Assembly: GCA_964016885.1 (NCBI GenBank)
Contig: OZ024745.1
Span: 53,940,001 to 54,004,000 of the forward strand
DNA length: 64,000 nt
Direction: 5' to 3'
Origin: Eledone cirrhosa
Taxonomy: Eukaryota
Shown one piece after another: positions 39,331 to 54,551 of this stretch (its first letter is position 1; each line of letters opens with the position of its first letter). The notes beneath the pieces are model-generated. The model was given only the letters and a program-made list of their open reading frames with translations. It was not told the DNA's origin and made no database searches. A program made the position numbers and the translations under genes.

Positions 39331-41029
39331 TACGAAGTATACGTGGATATTTTACGTCTTGATGTGGTAGCTAAGTATATGTTATGTTTATACCATTACT
39401 TATTTGCATAGGTAAGTATATATTACCTGTATGTTTTATGAAGGTACGTATACTTTCTCGTACGTATATTTGATTGTATATGTTATGGCGTATAATTTTT
39501 ATATATTCTGGTACATATGGTTTGGTTATGTGTATACGGGAGTTTTGCGTCCGTGTGAGTATGCAGGTTCGTACGTATGTAGGGTGTGTGTATATGTGTA
39601 CTTCATGTTTTGGTTGACGTACGTATCCGAACATTTGTGTATTTACATGTAGGTATGTGTGTGCGCTTGTTATATACGTATTTATTTATATACGTTTATT
39701 TATTTATTTATTTGTATACACGCACACACACATATTTATATGTGCGTGGTTTTGTATACCTATGGCAAGTGTTTTCGCGTATGCTTGTGTACGTACGTAT
39801 TTGCATGCGTGTATGTATTTATTTAATTTCTATTACCTCGGTATTGTATTTTATTTACTTTATTCTTAACCCTGAAGCGGAGATTCTTTCGGTTTCCTAG
39901 TTAGAATTTTAGTCTACGACTTCAGCTATACCATTTACGTGGTTTTGTCTTTGCGTGCAATTGTTCCCCACGCTCCACATATGACGTATTATTTTCGTTT
40001 TTTCCGTTCATTGCCAGATAACGTCTCTTTGAACCACCTAAGAGAACATTAGTCTACGACTTCTTTTATACCATAAACGTGGTTCTGTCTTTGCGTGTAA
40101 TTGTTTTTCACCGCTCCTATTAATGACGTATTATATTCGTTTTTTCCCGTTCTTTGCCAGGGAACGTTTCCGCGAACCAAAGTATCGTTTTCCTGTCTTC
40201 CTCCGGTTGCAACGTTTTTTGAAATCTTCACTTCTGCGTTTACAGATTGACTTTGTTAGCTTCAGAAGATCCCGTTAAGGGTGAAAGCGGCGATTCCTTG
40301 CTTAAACTTTAATCTGTTATTTTAATATATATATATATAGCTGGAATTGTGAGTTGATCGTTTTTTATTTATTCTATCGTCTCAGTATACCTTCGCTATT
40401 CTGTTTTTATTTTTCGAATGGTTGAGATCTAATGCCAATTTATTTTGAAATATATCTCATTTAAGTTAAAATTTTTATGGAAGATTTTCACTCTCCTATA
40501 TTTGTTCTTACGATTTAGTTTCTTGTTCTCAACATTTGAGTGAAATAATAGTAAATGTGTTTTGTTAACGTGTTTTGCATTTGGGTGTAAAGAAGTATTG
40601 AAATATTGTTATAATTAATAACAATGTCACCCCTGGATTGTGAATTGTCTAGCGGTTAAATCCTGGAAAGATTTTAGTTTATTTCCCGTATGCTGTATCA
40701 GCTTTTCTAGATGATAAATCTATAAAACATTTCGATGACAAACTGCAAAACATATTCAGGCATGAATGCAATAAAAAGAAATATGAATACATTAACTTAC
40801 TGAAAAAGCATTTTAAACTGACTCTACAGGATCTAGAAAACAACGATAAAAAATGTAAAATATTATGCAAAAGCGATAAAAGTAACCGATTTTAAATTAC
40901 GAACAAAGATTAATACGTTTCAAAAACAACATAAATTCGTTAAAATTAATAAAGGGCACAACTAAAAATTAAATTTAGTAAATGAATTAATTAAGGCAAG
41001 AAAATTTATGAATTAAGAAAACGCTCAGT

Positions 41030-41460
41030 CATAAATCTTGGGTAATGATCGAAAGAATACGATCGCGAAAACAAGCAACTGAAATGGGATTTCTCCGAAG
41101 GGTCTTTTGAGTAACGTTACTCGATAAAGTGCGTAACTCGGAGATTAGAGAATCACTCCAGGTAGAGCCACTACTTTTCCAAATTGAGAGATCACAGCTC
41201 CGATACTATGGGTATGTGGTTACAATATCTCCGAAAAGAATCGCTGGACAGATTTTACGGGAAAAACCAACCGACAAGAGACCCAGGAGTAGACTAAGAT
41301 CGCAAGCTGGTTGGATAATATCCATGAGCTTGGTTGCTCACGTCTGGGGATCCAGCCGGATCAGTTGGAGACAGTTGCTTCAGACAAGACCCGCTGGAGG
41401 GAGTGTTTTGAGGACTCTGCCCCCACGACCCCCCTCAGGGCGAAGAAGAAGAAGTAGAAG
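41030..41460 (+). mobile_element. RTE-clade LINE 3' fragment with short (GAA)n tail
   Basis: EMGFLRR...TLLDKVRNSEIRESLQVEPLLFQIERSQLRYYGYV...RPRSR, ending cccacgacccccctcagg...gaagaagaagaag. Confidence 0.85.
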
Positions 41461-42084
41461 AAACTGAAATATAATGTATTCCTTTTTTTATCATATATTT
41501 ATGACGTCACGAACAAAATAATTCTCTTATAGAATTGCTAAAACGGTTAGGCAGTATCATATTCCTCATACACCGGAGGAATATTGTGTACGTTTACAGG
41601 GAGAGAGCTAGTGAGAGGGAGACGGGTAGAGAAAAGTAAAGTTAAATGTAATGATTAGAATTCAAAGATAATCATCCACGTTTAACTCGTACTATCCTTG
41701 TATCACACGAAACTGCATCAGCATAAGTTTCTTGAAAAGTACCAAGCAGCACAATGACAGTATGCATCACATTAAAAATTGTAAATTTTCACAACCATCT
41801 TTCCACTAGTAAAAGTATTATAAACTTTTGGATATATGATCTGTTATCTAAATATTTTCTACTAAATCATTACAGGATATTAAGAGTCAAGGCAGTAATG
41901 AAATAAAAAGGAACTTTCACTGCTCTTTCTAGCGGATCGATAGACTACCTAGGGACAGTTCTAAACTCACTCGTCTTCGACTGAAACCACTTTGCTCTAT
42001 GTCCACCATCAAAATGTATTCCATTCAGTCATTTTCGATCTACTGCTGGATAAAGCCTTGACATATCGTTCTTGGTTTAGCTAA

Positions 42085-42678
42085 GTTGTGGAAATTTCAA
42101 GTATCTCGAGACCGTGTTCAGTAGTGATGGAAGGCAGGAGGTTAAACTAAGTGCAAGAATTGCAGGAGCTGCTGCAATAACACGCAAGCTCCAGCATTCG
42201 GTAACCAGAAGAAGGGTGGTAGGTGCAAAAACCAAACTCACTATCTTCAATTTGCTATTTGTGCCAAGCCTTATGTATGGTCATCAATCTTGAGTAAAGA
42301 CCGAAATAACATGATCGTGAATACAAGCGGACGAAATGGGGTTCTTCAGAAAGGATTTGGGGTAACGTTATTCGATAGAGTGCTTAGCTCGGAGATCAGA
42401 AAGTCACCCCAGGTAGAGTCACTACTTATCCGAATTGAGAGATCACAGGTCGGATACTATGGGCATGTGGTTAGAATGTCTCAGGAAAGAAGCACTGAAC
42501 AGATTTTATGGGAAAAACCAGCCTGCAGGAGACCCAAGGGGTAGAACCCCGAGCAAGATGCCTGGATAAAATCCATGAGCTCGACTAGTCTCATTGGGAG
42601 AAGAAGAAGAAGAAGAAGAAGAAGAAGAAGAAGAAGAAGAAGAAGAAGAAGAAGAAGAAGAAGAAGAAGAAGAAGAAG
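42085..42678 (+). mobile_element. Second RTE-clade LINE 3' fragment with long (GAA)n tail
   Basis: VEKFKYL-like start, LMYGHQS, GVTLFDRVLSSEIRKSPQVESLLIRIERSQVGYYGHVVRM. (GAA)n at 42601-42678. Confidence 0.85.
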
Positions 42679-43418
42679 ATGATCATAATGATTAAAAATT
42701 AGAAAGGTGTATGCGAGATTTAGCTGGCATTTCTAGCAAGTCAAGCATCTACGAAGCATTTATCTCGTTAATTGAAGAAATATTTGCAGCATCCATAAGT
42801 TGTGTGGGGGGAAGATATGAGAAAACATCTGCACTTTGTAACGAAGTGTAACGATGACTTTTGCAATTAACCGATTCCACATCCGTTTGCAATTCCCGCA
42901 AGGAAAATGATAGCAAAAGATATGTGAAAAGATTCCAACTGCTCATTTGTTTTACTAATCTTCACGGGAAGGGCATAGTTGACACACGATTGAATTACCA
43001 TTATCATCTCTTATCCTATACAGTTGAGACTTCTTGGCACATGCATAATAAATCAATCGGTATTTTATTTTATTTTATCTTATTTTAATTTAATTTAATT
43101 TTCTATCTCGAAAACAAATTATGTTACATCCGAAACTCCCCAAACATAACCAGATTTGAGCTTCGACTAAACATTTGCAAATCACAGTCCTTGCTCATTG
43201 ATATTAAAAATAACAACAACAAAAAATACAAAGCAGACTTCTAATATTTATTTCTGTTCCTTGCTGTACTGCACATTGGTCCGTCCTCGAACAGTTTCAG
43301 AAGCAGAGTTTTTCTATGAGAATTAGTTACTAACCCCTCATTCAACCTCTTTCATTTTTGGAGAAAAGAACGAACATAGTACCCGATTCACATAAGACGT
43401 ATATATATATATACATAC

Positions 43419-43470
<52 letters not shown>

Positions 43471-44017
43471 TCCCAACACTTGACTGTCAAAAAAATACCA
43501 GTCAAGTGTTGACTTCGATGGGATATGAACTTAGAGTGAAGAGAGTGGCAACAAATACTGCAAGGTAATTCTATCTAACCCTCGCTCTAACAACTCTACC
43601 AATTCACTGTTTAGTTGTAAAAATTAAATAAAACTAGAAGATGACACAGGGAATGCCTTAGACCATATGTCTGTTCGAGCAAGACTGACTTGGGGGAAAA
43701 CAACAATATTGAAGAATAAATACTGCAATGACGTTATTCATAGGAACAACAATAGGTAAATTAGTTTTAACATTTAATGAATAGAGCAAGAAAAACTAAC
43801 TATCGATAAATATACCACGAAGAAAAAAAAAACATGATATTTGCCATTTTAATTTTACTCTTTCGACAAGTAAAAGAGAGAACTCAGGACATGTTTATGT
43901 CTCATTTTGACCTCACAAGGGAAGCATTGTCTTATTCTTCGTACTTGGTGAAATAATATTGAAATAAACCTTTGTTGATGCAAACCTAGTTCTACATCCT
44001 ACCACTCCATACAGAAA

Positions 44018-44076
<59 letters not shown>

Positions 44077-44379
44077 GTTACAACAGTGACAAATACAGGT
44101 ACTTAAGTTTCGTCGTACCTGTATATGAAGTATTTTTGATGAAGAAGATCGATGGAAGAGGAATTTCGAGACTACATATAGGTAATAACCTAACCACTAC
44201 CATGCGATACATCGATCTTCCACCATTAATAGACCCTCTGAAACGATCGTAAAACAATGAAGTGATAAACTACCTGCCTCTGACTTCTGTCTTGTATTCA
44301 TTGTTCTCTACACAAACTCATATATATAAATGACTCTGTAACCTGGGCGGATCTTCTTCGAGGGAAACTTAAACGGTGG

Positions 44380-44496
<117 letters not shown>

Positions 44497-46544
44497 GATA
44501 CTTTCCGCACAGTTTCCGTTTACCAAGTCACTGTTTCAATGTGTCTGACTGAGAACAACCCTAAAACCTCGCAGTTATAAAGCCAAATCCCTTCCCACTG
44601 TAAAATATTATGACTACATTATTTAATATGTCGTTTTGAAACCTAAGAAGACTATTTCTTTCTGGTCTTGAATTGTTTTTATTGATGTTATTTATGTACA
44701 GGTCAACCTTCATTGAAAGGACCTATGATCAAAGGCATTCCAGTTACCACAAAATCTTTCTGTTTTGTTATAGCTAGAATGTACCTGATTAACTACAGGC
44801 GTCGATATAATTGTTATGTACAGGGGAACTCAGGAACACATCCAAAGTTTCCATTTTCCAACATAGTAGGCTATGATTTAAGGGATATTTGGGTACAATA
44901 TCTCGCACGTCGAGTGACTACATAGAGATTCCTTAGCACCATGCCAATTTTAAATTGAGCAGACCTGTTATTTGATGTACATTGTCAAGGCAACTATCAT
45001 ATTTCCGAGATCGATAAATCAAGTACCAGTTCAAGGCGATACACTGCTCTACCGGATCATCAGATCATCGTGTGGGATGCTTTGTGATATTTGTTCCAGC
45101 TCTGTACATTCAAATCCCGCCATGGCCAACTTAATTGGTTAACATATTCTACACAACATGGTAACGTTGGCGGAGTTTACTTTATTGTAAGCATTCGGAT
45201 TGGATTTTCGGTTTGAGAATATCTTTCTTCAGTTCTAGTGGCATAGAAGTAATCATGGACACTACGTTTCTCTTCAGGACTAAACAGTAGGAAGAAGACG
45301 TGTCCATTTTCTATGTCGGTAAACTATTATTTAAGGGAAACTTGGTGGCTATATCTTGTATCAATCATGTAGAGGCTCCCAGTGGGGTGTCACGACGGTC
45401 GCGGTGGGAAAGTATTAGCTTTATCAATAAATTAAAGTATACTGCAGTGAAATTTCAATCGATTACATTATACTTCTTCCGTTACAAATACGTAGCTATG
45501 CTCTGCGTGAAAAATCATTACTTAATTAAATTTATTTTCTAATCTATTTTAATAATTAATCAATAGAATATATTTATATGCACCATTATCACTAACAATT
45601 ATTATTATTATTATTGATATTATTATTATTATGATTAACCAATATAACATTTTAAAATGTAAAAACGGTGAGTGTGAGTGGGTGGGATGTTGAAATATTT
45701 TATTGCTTTAATTAAATTAAATTATTGCTCGTGTGTTATAACCCCAACTAAACATAAGTTTAGTCTCACCCTCCTCTTCCTTACCCCCTCTCATCTCTTT
45801 CATCCTCACTCCCCTACCCCCTTTTTTACTCTAATCCCCCACTCTCTCATCACTCTCCATTATTCTTCTTTTTCCCTTCTCTCCTTCTCCTCTCTTCACC
45901 CCATCTTTCCCCCTTCCTTTCTCTGACACTCTCACTAAATCTCTTTGACTCTTAATTTCTCTGTCTTTCTGTCTCTCATCTTCTCTTTCCATATCTCTTA
46001 TTCACTTTCAAAATCACTGTTTATTTCTCACTCTCTCAGTTGGTTCTTGTCATTCTCACTTATTCCCTTCTCTCACCCTTTTAACCCCATATTTCTTTAA
46101 CTCTTTCTATCTATCCTTCCTTATCTTTGAAACGTAATCTCGCTCTCTTCCACGGAATTTCTCTGACAATCTCAATCTTTCTATTTATTCCACACGCTCT
46201 CTCCTTCCCCTTACTCTCTAATCTTCACAAATTTTCTATTTATACCTTTACTTTATGCCTCTCTCTTTATCAATATTTTCTTTTACGTTGTCTGGCTCTC
46301 TTTTTCTCTATCCGCTCTATCTCTTTCTCACTAGCTCTCAATATCATCTTCCCCCCCCCCCCCCCCCATCCCCACACATGTCTCTCTCTCAATTTCTCTA
46401 TCTGGCTGACTTTCTCACCCTCTCTCCCAGCAGACTATTATATTATAAGAAAATAATACAACACATAATGATGTTTTCATTATGCTACCTCTGAGGCGAT
46501 AGACAGTTCCATAAAGAAGTTCTCAGCGAGATGGCACAAGGGCT

Positions 46545-47470
<926 letters not shown>

Positions 47471-47744
47471 TATATACCACAGGCATCAATGAAAGTGCGC
47501 AGATGGCTTTATAAATACCATGTTGTATGTAGGACAAGCAGCTGACAGTTTTACATTGAGTTTGTATTAAGTTCATGTTCCCCCACTCCATCCTTAAATC
47601 CCAAAGTCTCAGTCCGATCATGCTCTCATCAGAGTGTAGACAGACATACTTGAGCAAATAAAAGCCTATAACACAGACCCGCTAGTAGTTGTGGTGGTGG
47701 CGTTGGTGGTGGAGGAGGTGGTGGTGGAGAAGGTGTGGTGGTGG

Positions 47745-49440
47745 GAAGCAACAGTTCGATTATATCGACCTTAGTATTTATCTAGTATCTTATTGCGTTT
47801 TATTATCTCATTGACCCCGGTGGATGAAAGTTGACGCCAGCAATATTTGAACACAGAAGGTAAAAGTTCGTAACTAAATAATACAAGACAGAATCTTTTG
47901 CTGATCGAACCCTCTCTGATGACATTCGGGTAAATATTGGTTTTTCTGACACAGACAAAAGATGGGTAAGTAACAGTCGATCATATGGACTCCAGTACAC
48001 TTTATTTTATTAATCCCAGAAAGATGAATGGCGAACTTCATCTCGGCTGGATTTGAACTCAGAATGCAAAGTCTCGCAGTTAAATACAAAATATTTTGTT
48101 TGATGCTTTACAGATCATACCGTCCCACGTTTTATATTGATTTCCTATATAGCCATAAAAGAGTCGTTAGAACGTCGGATAGAATGATTTGCGGTATTTA
48201 TTTCGGCTCTCTCCGCCGAGGTCAATTTTACCTTTCATCCTTTCGAGGTCTAAAAAAAGAAGTACCAGTCCGGTATTGGGATCGATTCTTTCTTAATATC
48301 GCTTTCTCATTTCCACTTTCAGTCTCCCTCTCTGCCCTTCTCCTGAAGAAATCGAATGTGGTCAGGCCTGGAGAGTGGATGGATTCCGCTAGGTTTAAGT
48401 GTCCAAATCTTCTACGATTCCACTAGGAGTTACGTGTTCAGATGGTAAGAAATAAAGTATAGTCGATTAAATTGTCATCATTGAATGATACTTTATTAAA
48501 GTATTAGTCTGTGAGAACAAATAATGCAAAATATTTTACCTATATTTCTAACGATTCTGCCAATAGAATAGGTGAAATATATATATTTTTTTACAAATGT
48601 AAAAGGCTAGTAAATTAGAGGAAAGGATACGGTCAATTAAATAGACCCTTTTACTTGGTTGGTACTTTATTTTATCGAATCCAGAAGGATAAAAGACAAA
48701 GCTGATCTCTGTATATCTTTTTAACAAATAGTTAAGTGGTGAATTAGCCTCGTTTGCGCGTGAAATTAAATGCCTTTATATTTGGCCAGGTTCTTTGCAC
48801 ACAGAGCTTAAATCCTACCAAAGTCAATTTTCTTTTTCATTCTTTCGGTGACGATAAACAAAGTACCAATCTAAGGTTGTTGGATTGGCAGAATAGTTAA
48901 AGAGTCGGACGCGATGCTTTGCGGTATCTGTGATAAGCGTTCAAATCATACCTCATGTCATTGGAAAAAGTAGTGATACTTCTGCCTTGACTTGTAATGG
49001 GCAGATAATATCAGTAATGAAAAGACCAATGGAAATATAGTTTTCTTGGTTCGATCAGACAATTGTCTCTCTTTCCGTTCCAGGTAGAAGAACAGTGCTC
49101 ATAGTTCCTTTCAAGGTCTTCAAGGATAGTAGGGGAGACGAATATGTCCTTTAACCGGAGACCTGAGCCGAATGTTTGCAACAGAGTAAACTTCGCTAAA
49201 GGCAAACAAAAACCAGGTGGCGGTGTTAAACTGGATGACGGATTAAGTCTACTAACCAAGTTTGAATATGGCATTGCATCTTTTCTGGCGCTCTAATGAT
49301 TCTACCAGTCCATCGTCTTAACGTAGTGCTTTAGCTACTGGTCTCGGAAAAATGCAAGATAATGTTGACCTCTGCGAGATTTGATCTCAAATATCGCATG
49401 GCATTCCATCGGACACTTCAAAGCTTCCGCTTCTTTGCCG
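47745..49440. mobile_element. Cluster of old, diverged SINE copies in both orientations
   Basis: Recognisable domain fragments at ~47810 (gaccccggtggatgaaagttgac), ~48000-48070, ~48210-48270 (+), ~48660-48710, ~48810-48870 (+), ~48880-48950 (+) and ~49350-49390. Confidence 0.7.
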
Positions 49441-50088
49441 TCGTATGGTTAGTAAATTAAAACGGTGAAGCATTTTGTCTGATTTTCTAACTATTCTTGC
49501 AATTGGTGGCTCTAAATATGTAGTAGAATCCAATCTGAAAACTCATAGTTTTCAAGCGAATTTCTGAACTAACAACACGGCTATACCTGCGGCCATATAC
49601 ATACACACACATATCATTTTTTAAACAGCAAAATAAAAGTTTTAGATTCTAAAACAAGACGGATAAATTTCTTTGCATCAGAGAAGCCATTCGATTTTCC
49701 GATTTCCGTAAACCAATCCTGTACAAAAATATACAAAAAGAAAGAAACCAATACAACAACAACAGCATTAAATTTAGTAAATAAATAAGAACAAAATTAA
49801 CGTTTGCTTAATTAGGCACGAGATTCTTGTGCGCTAAGAGCATTCAGTGAAGCCAGTCAAGCGACCAACAAACATATAAACAAACACAGATAAATAAATA
49901 AACGTATAAAAGGAACGAGAAACATTCCACTGAACCAAGAACCTACCAACACACATCATACACATTCACAATTTTGTTTCTTCAAGTAGGCATTAGCTTT
50001 TCTAAAAATGACGTTGCAGTAGGAATATAGTAGAATTGATCGTTATTAGACTATAGAAATTGAGCTAATCAGATAAAAAACAACAAAT

Positions 50089-50123
<35 letters not shown>

Positions 50124-53118
50124 GACACCATGCAGTCGTTTCCTTAAGTCTTCTATTACGTGTTACGTGTACCTCCAAATACTAACATACATAGATAGTT
50201 ACAGACATAGTCTTCCTTCATACGTGCAAACATACACTCACGTGCAAACATACACTCACGTGCAAACATACTTATATGTTGTTTTGTGATTTATAGTTTG
50301 TTAGCATGAGGACAGAGAATTAGGAGTTTCTTATTTCTTATATGAATTATAATGGCACTAACTTAATTGTTATTTGTGTGAGCGTCTCTAAGAAATGTCT
50401 TTCTGTAACTATGATAATATTTGACGCTTATTCGTCTACGTTAGTGTACATTTATATAGTGATTAAGTTACAATAATCTGGCAAGAACAGAGAGCACTCT
50501 ACCTCAAAGAAAAAGTCTAATATAACTGATAAATATCCGAAGTTGTTACTTATTTTCGCCAAAATCACATTAAAACTACTAAATTCGTTGAGCTACTATT
50601 TTCTTCTCCTCACATCATCGAATTGACAGAAGCGTTAGGGAGCCGCACGAAATGCCTTGTGGTATTTACTGCGACTCCTTGTGTCCTGAATTTAGATTCC
50701 ACCAACAATGTACCTGTCTTGGGTGCTGGAGAGGCGGAATCGTTAAAACATTGGCTGAGATGCCTTGACATATTTGTCCCGGTTATTTGTGTTAAAGTTT
50801 AAATCTCATTGTGGTCCACAAGTTGCTCGCTTTAACACTACTACGTGGTACTTCGGGGTCTTTAGCAAGCATTCGGATGAGACTTCCGTTTTGAGAATAA
50901 CTTCCTTTCTTTTTGAGAATAACTTCCTTTCATCACGATGGCCTTGAACAAACTATGAATTAAAGGCGTGACTCTTCCTTCCCTGACAAAGCATAAGCAA
51001 ATATGTGATGGCAATACTTTGATCCTCATACATTGTTGAAAAGTATGCAGTTTCTAAGATACCAAGGTACAGTATAGAAAAATATATAACTGCTACGAAC
51101 AAAAGGCACATTATATAAAACCAAAAGGGGAGTCTCACGTTGTTCTCATCCTGCTTGAAATAGCAACCTCAAATTAAGCTCTATCGTATCCCAAAAAGGA
51201 AGGACACATTTGATAACTATAGTCTTAAATGATAAAACACAGCTAGAACGCCTTTAGTTTCAAGTCTGTTTCATGAGAGCTGACAAAGTGACATTCACCA
51301 CCACCACCAAAATAATGCTAATCATTTTATTTAAAAAGAAGCGAAGACATTAGATTTTTACTAATAATTTTGAATCAGCATATAATAGATATTCTTGAAT
51401 CTTTCGGCATTTCTATCACCGCTATCTTGTGTTTGAGTTAGGTCTGTCTCTATAATTCCAAATATACTTAGTGTTGCTACAGGTAAACAATAATCGTTTC
51501 AGGCCATATATTATAGAAAGAACTGCTCCAAACACAGGAAACTGCATTGCATTTCTCAATATGTTTCTGAATAATCTCTCTATCTCAGTATTTGAATAAG
51601 ATAAAATTAAAGGATTAAAAGTAAAAGAGATTTCTCTCAGTAGCGTTTTGTAATAAAACAGTTCTGTTTAAAATTAGTATATATTATTCCTGTAGCTTTA
51701 TTAAATGAAATGAATACTATTATATTACAATCCAACACTTGTTATATCAACATCATAAAAGTTCTTTGGTTCCGAATGAGAAGTAATTGACTCTTTTACA
51801 TGTCTTAAATTTTTTCAACCAAAATATATTCTAAGTTCTTTAATATGTTAAAATTTTGCACTGAATCTTATTTGAACTGTTTGTAAAAGCAGAGAAGAAC
51901 ATTTTTAGATTCTTTTCTTTATCTATTTTAACTTCATGATCATCGTTTCTGCTATTTACATCTCAAACCTATAGCCAAGATTAGAGTTATGATAAACACA
52001 TCTACATTAGAATTAGGACCAAGTGGAACTATCCTGCTTGTTGGCAGTATTAAAATAGATTTGACAAAATGGCAAATAACAAAGTTTTATTTACTAAATC
52101 TATTCAAAAAGTTTAACGTTATGTTCATACTTCAAAATTGGTTGTAAAAATATAGCATATTCTTAGAATCAGACTATATTTTATATAACAGCTGAGTAGT
52201 AAAGTAATTTGCCTTTTGTACTCATAATTCTAAAGCGAGTTTGTAATTGAAGCCACTGATTTAAAGTTCTGTCCACAACAGTTCCAACTATAACCATCTA
52301 ATTGCACAATTGTTTAAAATCTTCAACAGTACAGCTGGTTATAAGTTGTCTGAAGGGTAGGAAACTCTCGTACAAGTTTAAAATACATTACATTCTAAGG
52401 TTTTATGGCTACTTTCAGTAGAAGTATGGGATACTGTCAATTACAAAGAATGGCACACACAGTTCTAATAGTCAATAGGTTTTAAATGTTTAACCTTTCT
52501 TTACAAGCTATCTTTTTTTTTTTTTAATAAAGTATAGATAATTCATTTGTATCACAATAATTTAACAGTTCCAAATGAAGCTGTGAATGCACAAAGCTTG
52601 GGTAAGTTTAACAATTCTAAGAAACTTGATAACTGTGATATCATTAGAATCATCTACATTTTCCTGTTCCTACATAAAAAAAATAAAATATTCATTAAAG
52701 TGAAAGAGCAAACAAATTCTTTACAGTATTTGCACATTTAGTATGATGCAATTTCACTTTGGAAGCAATTTCGCTATCAGGTATTTGATTTTTGCACAAA
52801 TTTACTAAATGATACGGCGTTAAATGAAGAGTGACAGTAAATATACATTGCTAAGTTAGCTCCAAACATTAATGTTTCATCACATTTACTTGTCAAAAGA
52901 TTGGTGACAGGATTACTTTAAATGAAAACGCTGTTTATGGATTTTTGTTTCGAAATGGCTGACTAACAGAGAATATTTTGATATGATGTCAATTCTGCGA
53001 AATTTGGAGTGTGCTTAAAAAGGATCAGCAGGGACATTGTACAGCCACTCACTAAATGTTAACATAGATTATATTTCTAGCTTACATCAACTCGTTAGTC
53101 AGTGTATCTTGCTCATAT

Positions 53119-53391
53119 CTAAGGACGGTCGTCTGATGTGTTTGGATGATGGATGGATAAATATTTGGGCGCTTTGTTAGCGTTTAAGGAGCTCCATCTT
53201 TCTTTCGTTTGTCTTACGTATAGGAGGGTGGACTTCCGATTAAACGGTTGTTGTAGTTGTGCACACACTTTAGGCAGCCCTATTTGACAAGTGCTATAAA
53301 CAGAGGGATTCCAGCTATGACGACCCCGTCTTTGTTTCAGACAATGCATATGTTCCTTTTTGTTATAAGAGTGGTGTGAGTCCAAGGAGAT
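53119..53391 (-). CDS. Possible terminal coding exon of an unknown host gene
   Basis: A pyrimidine-rich acceptor (tctttttgtcgtattttttatatgttag) precedes 90 open codons to TAG, followed by ~1.9 kb of repeat-free AT-rich sequence with AATAAA motifs on minus. No recognisable protein motif. Confidence 0.2.
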   Translation of the reverse strand: MSLDSHHSYNKKEHMHCLKQRRGRHSWNPSVYSTCQIGLPKVCAQLQQPFNRKSTLLYVRQTKERWSSLNANKAPKYLSIHHPNTSDDRP

Positions 53392-54251
53392 CTAACATAT
53401 AAAAAATACGACAAAAAGACTACATCTACAAAAATCGCTTTTCGAAAAGTGGAAAATTCCAATTTACGCACCAGAAGGACAAACAATTATAAAAGATTAC
53501 TATCAGGAACTTTTCTCGCGTCTTCAGCATACATTTCGATATAAGAGAGCAGATCTGCGGACTTCACAAAACTGGCAGCTGCAATATGATAAGGTATTGA
53601 CCCATTCGTCGGAGTTGATCCAAGGTTTCTTGGCAAAGGACAGCATTTCGTTCATTCGCCAGACATGTCTCCTTCTGCCTTAGGGATGTATTTAATAATG
53701 AAGATACTACTCAAAATCTGACGGTGTGAGAGCCGAAAGGATATCATACGAAGAACGATGGTAGGCCTGAGATCCATTCCAGAAGAAGCAAAAGATGGAA
53801 GCATCTCTTGGATAAGTGTGTGAAGATACAAGAGACTCAATAAAACGGAGATAAGCAATTGAATCCTACCAATTACGTAATTCTTTTCCTCAGCTTAAGC
53901 ACGAATACTTTTCGACAGACCTCGTAAACTCGAAAGAAGCTCTATCAAAATGAACCTTAAATTGAAAATATCCCTTTTCATCACGCGGTTGTTTGTGGAT
54001 ATTGATATATTGTTATTGATGTTTTTTTCTATTTTGTTTTATTTCTTATTTTTACATTTACACAAGCCTTTGAAAAGATCCTTATGTATTGAATCAGATA
54101 TATAACTGTAAGCTATTTAATACGTAATAACTGAATTTAGATTCAACATTATTGTGCATTGAGTCCTTTATTGAGTGCAATCTTCTCGATCTTCTTTTGA
54201 GAAATACACCTTCCGACGCATAGACTCTCACACACACATTAACACACACAC

Positions 54252-54364
<113 letters not shown>

Positions 54365-54511
54365 TACATATATTTGGGCGCGCGCGTTTGTTTGTATGCA
54401 TGTGTGTGTGTTCGTGTGTTTGTATATATATATACATACATACATACATATATATATGTGTGTGTATGTATATATATATCTATATATATATATGTGTGTG
54501 TGTGTGTGTGC

Positions 54512-54551
<40 letters not shown>

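Larger units (their letters stand above)
35673..40326. mobile_element. Penelope-like retroelement insertion: 5'-truncated copy on minus (38700 to 35673) joined head-to-head to an inverted 3' segment on plus (38701-40326)
   Basis: Inverted arms of ~1.6 kb (about 35764-37359 vs 38745-40326) surround a unique RT region. (TA)n lies on both sides. RT and GIY-YIG motifs are clear. Confidence 0.92.

Noticed and set aside
47582-47636. Minus-strand cactCTGATGA...GAGAc...gagtg, hammerhead-like
   Set aside because: GAAA is replaced by GAGA, and stem II and the NUH triplet do not form convincingly.
53534-53870. Coding-looking segment, a possible upstream exon (minus) ending RN/gtatgc
   Set aside because: In-frame stops lie just upstream, and the plus strand weakly resembles a decayed LINE C-terminus (F.RH...LTV*EP...GRP). 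It cannot be resolved by eye.
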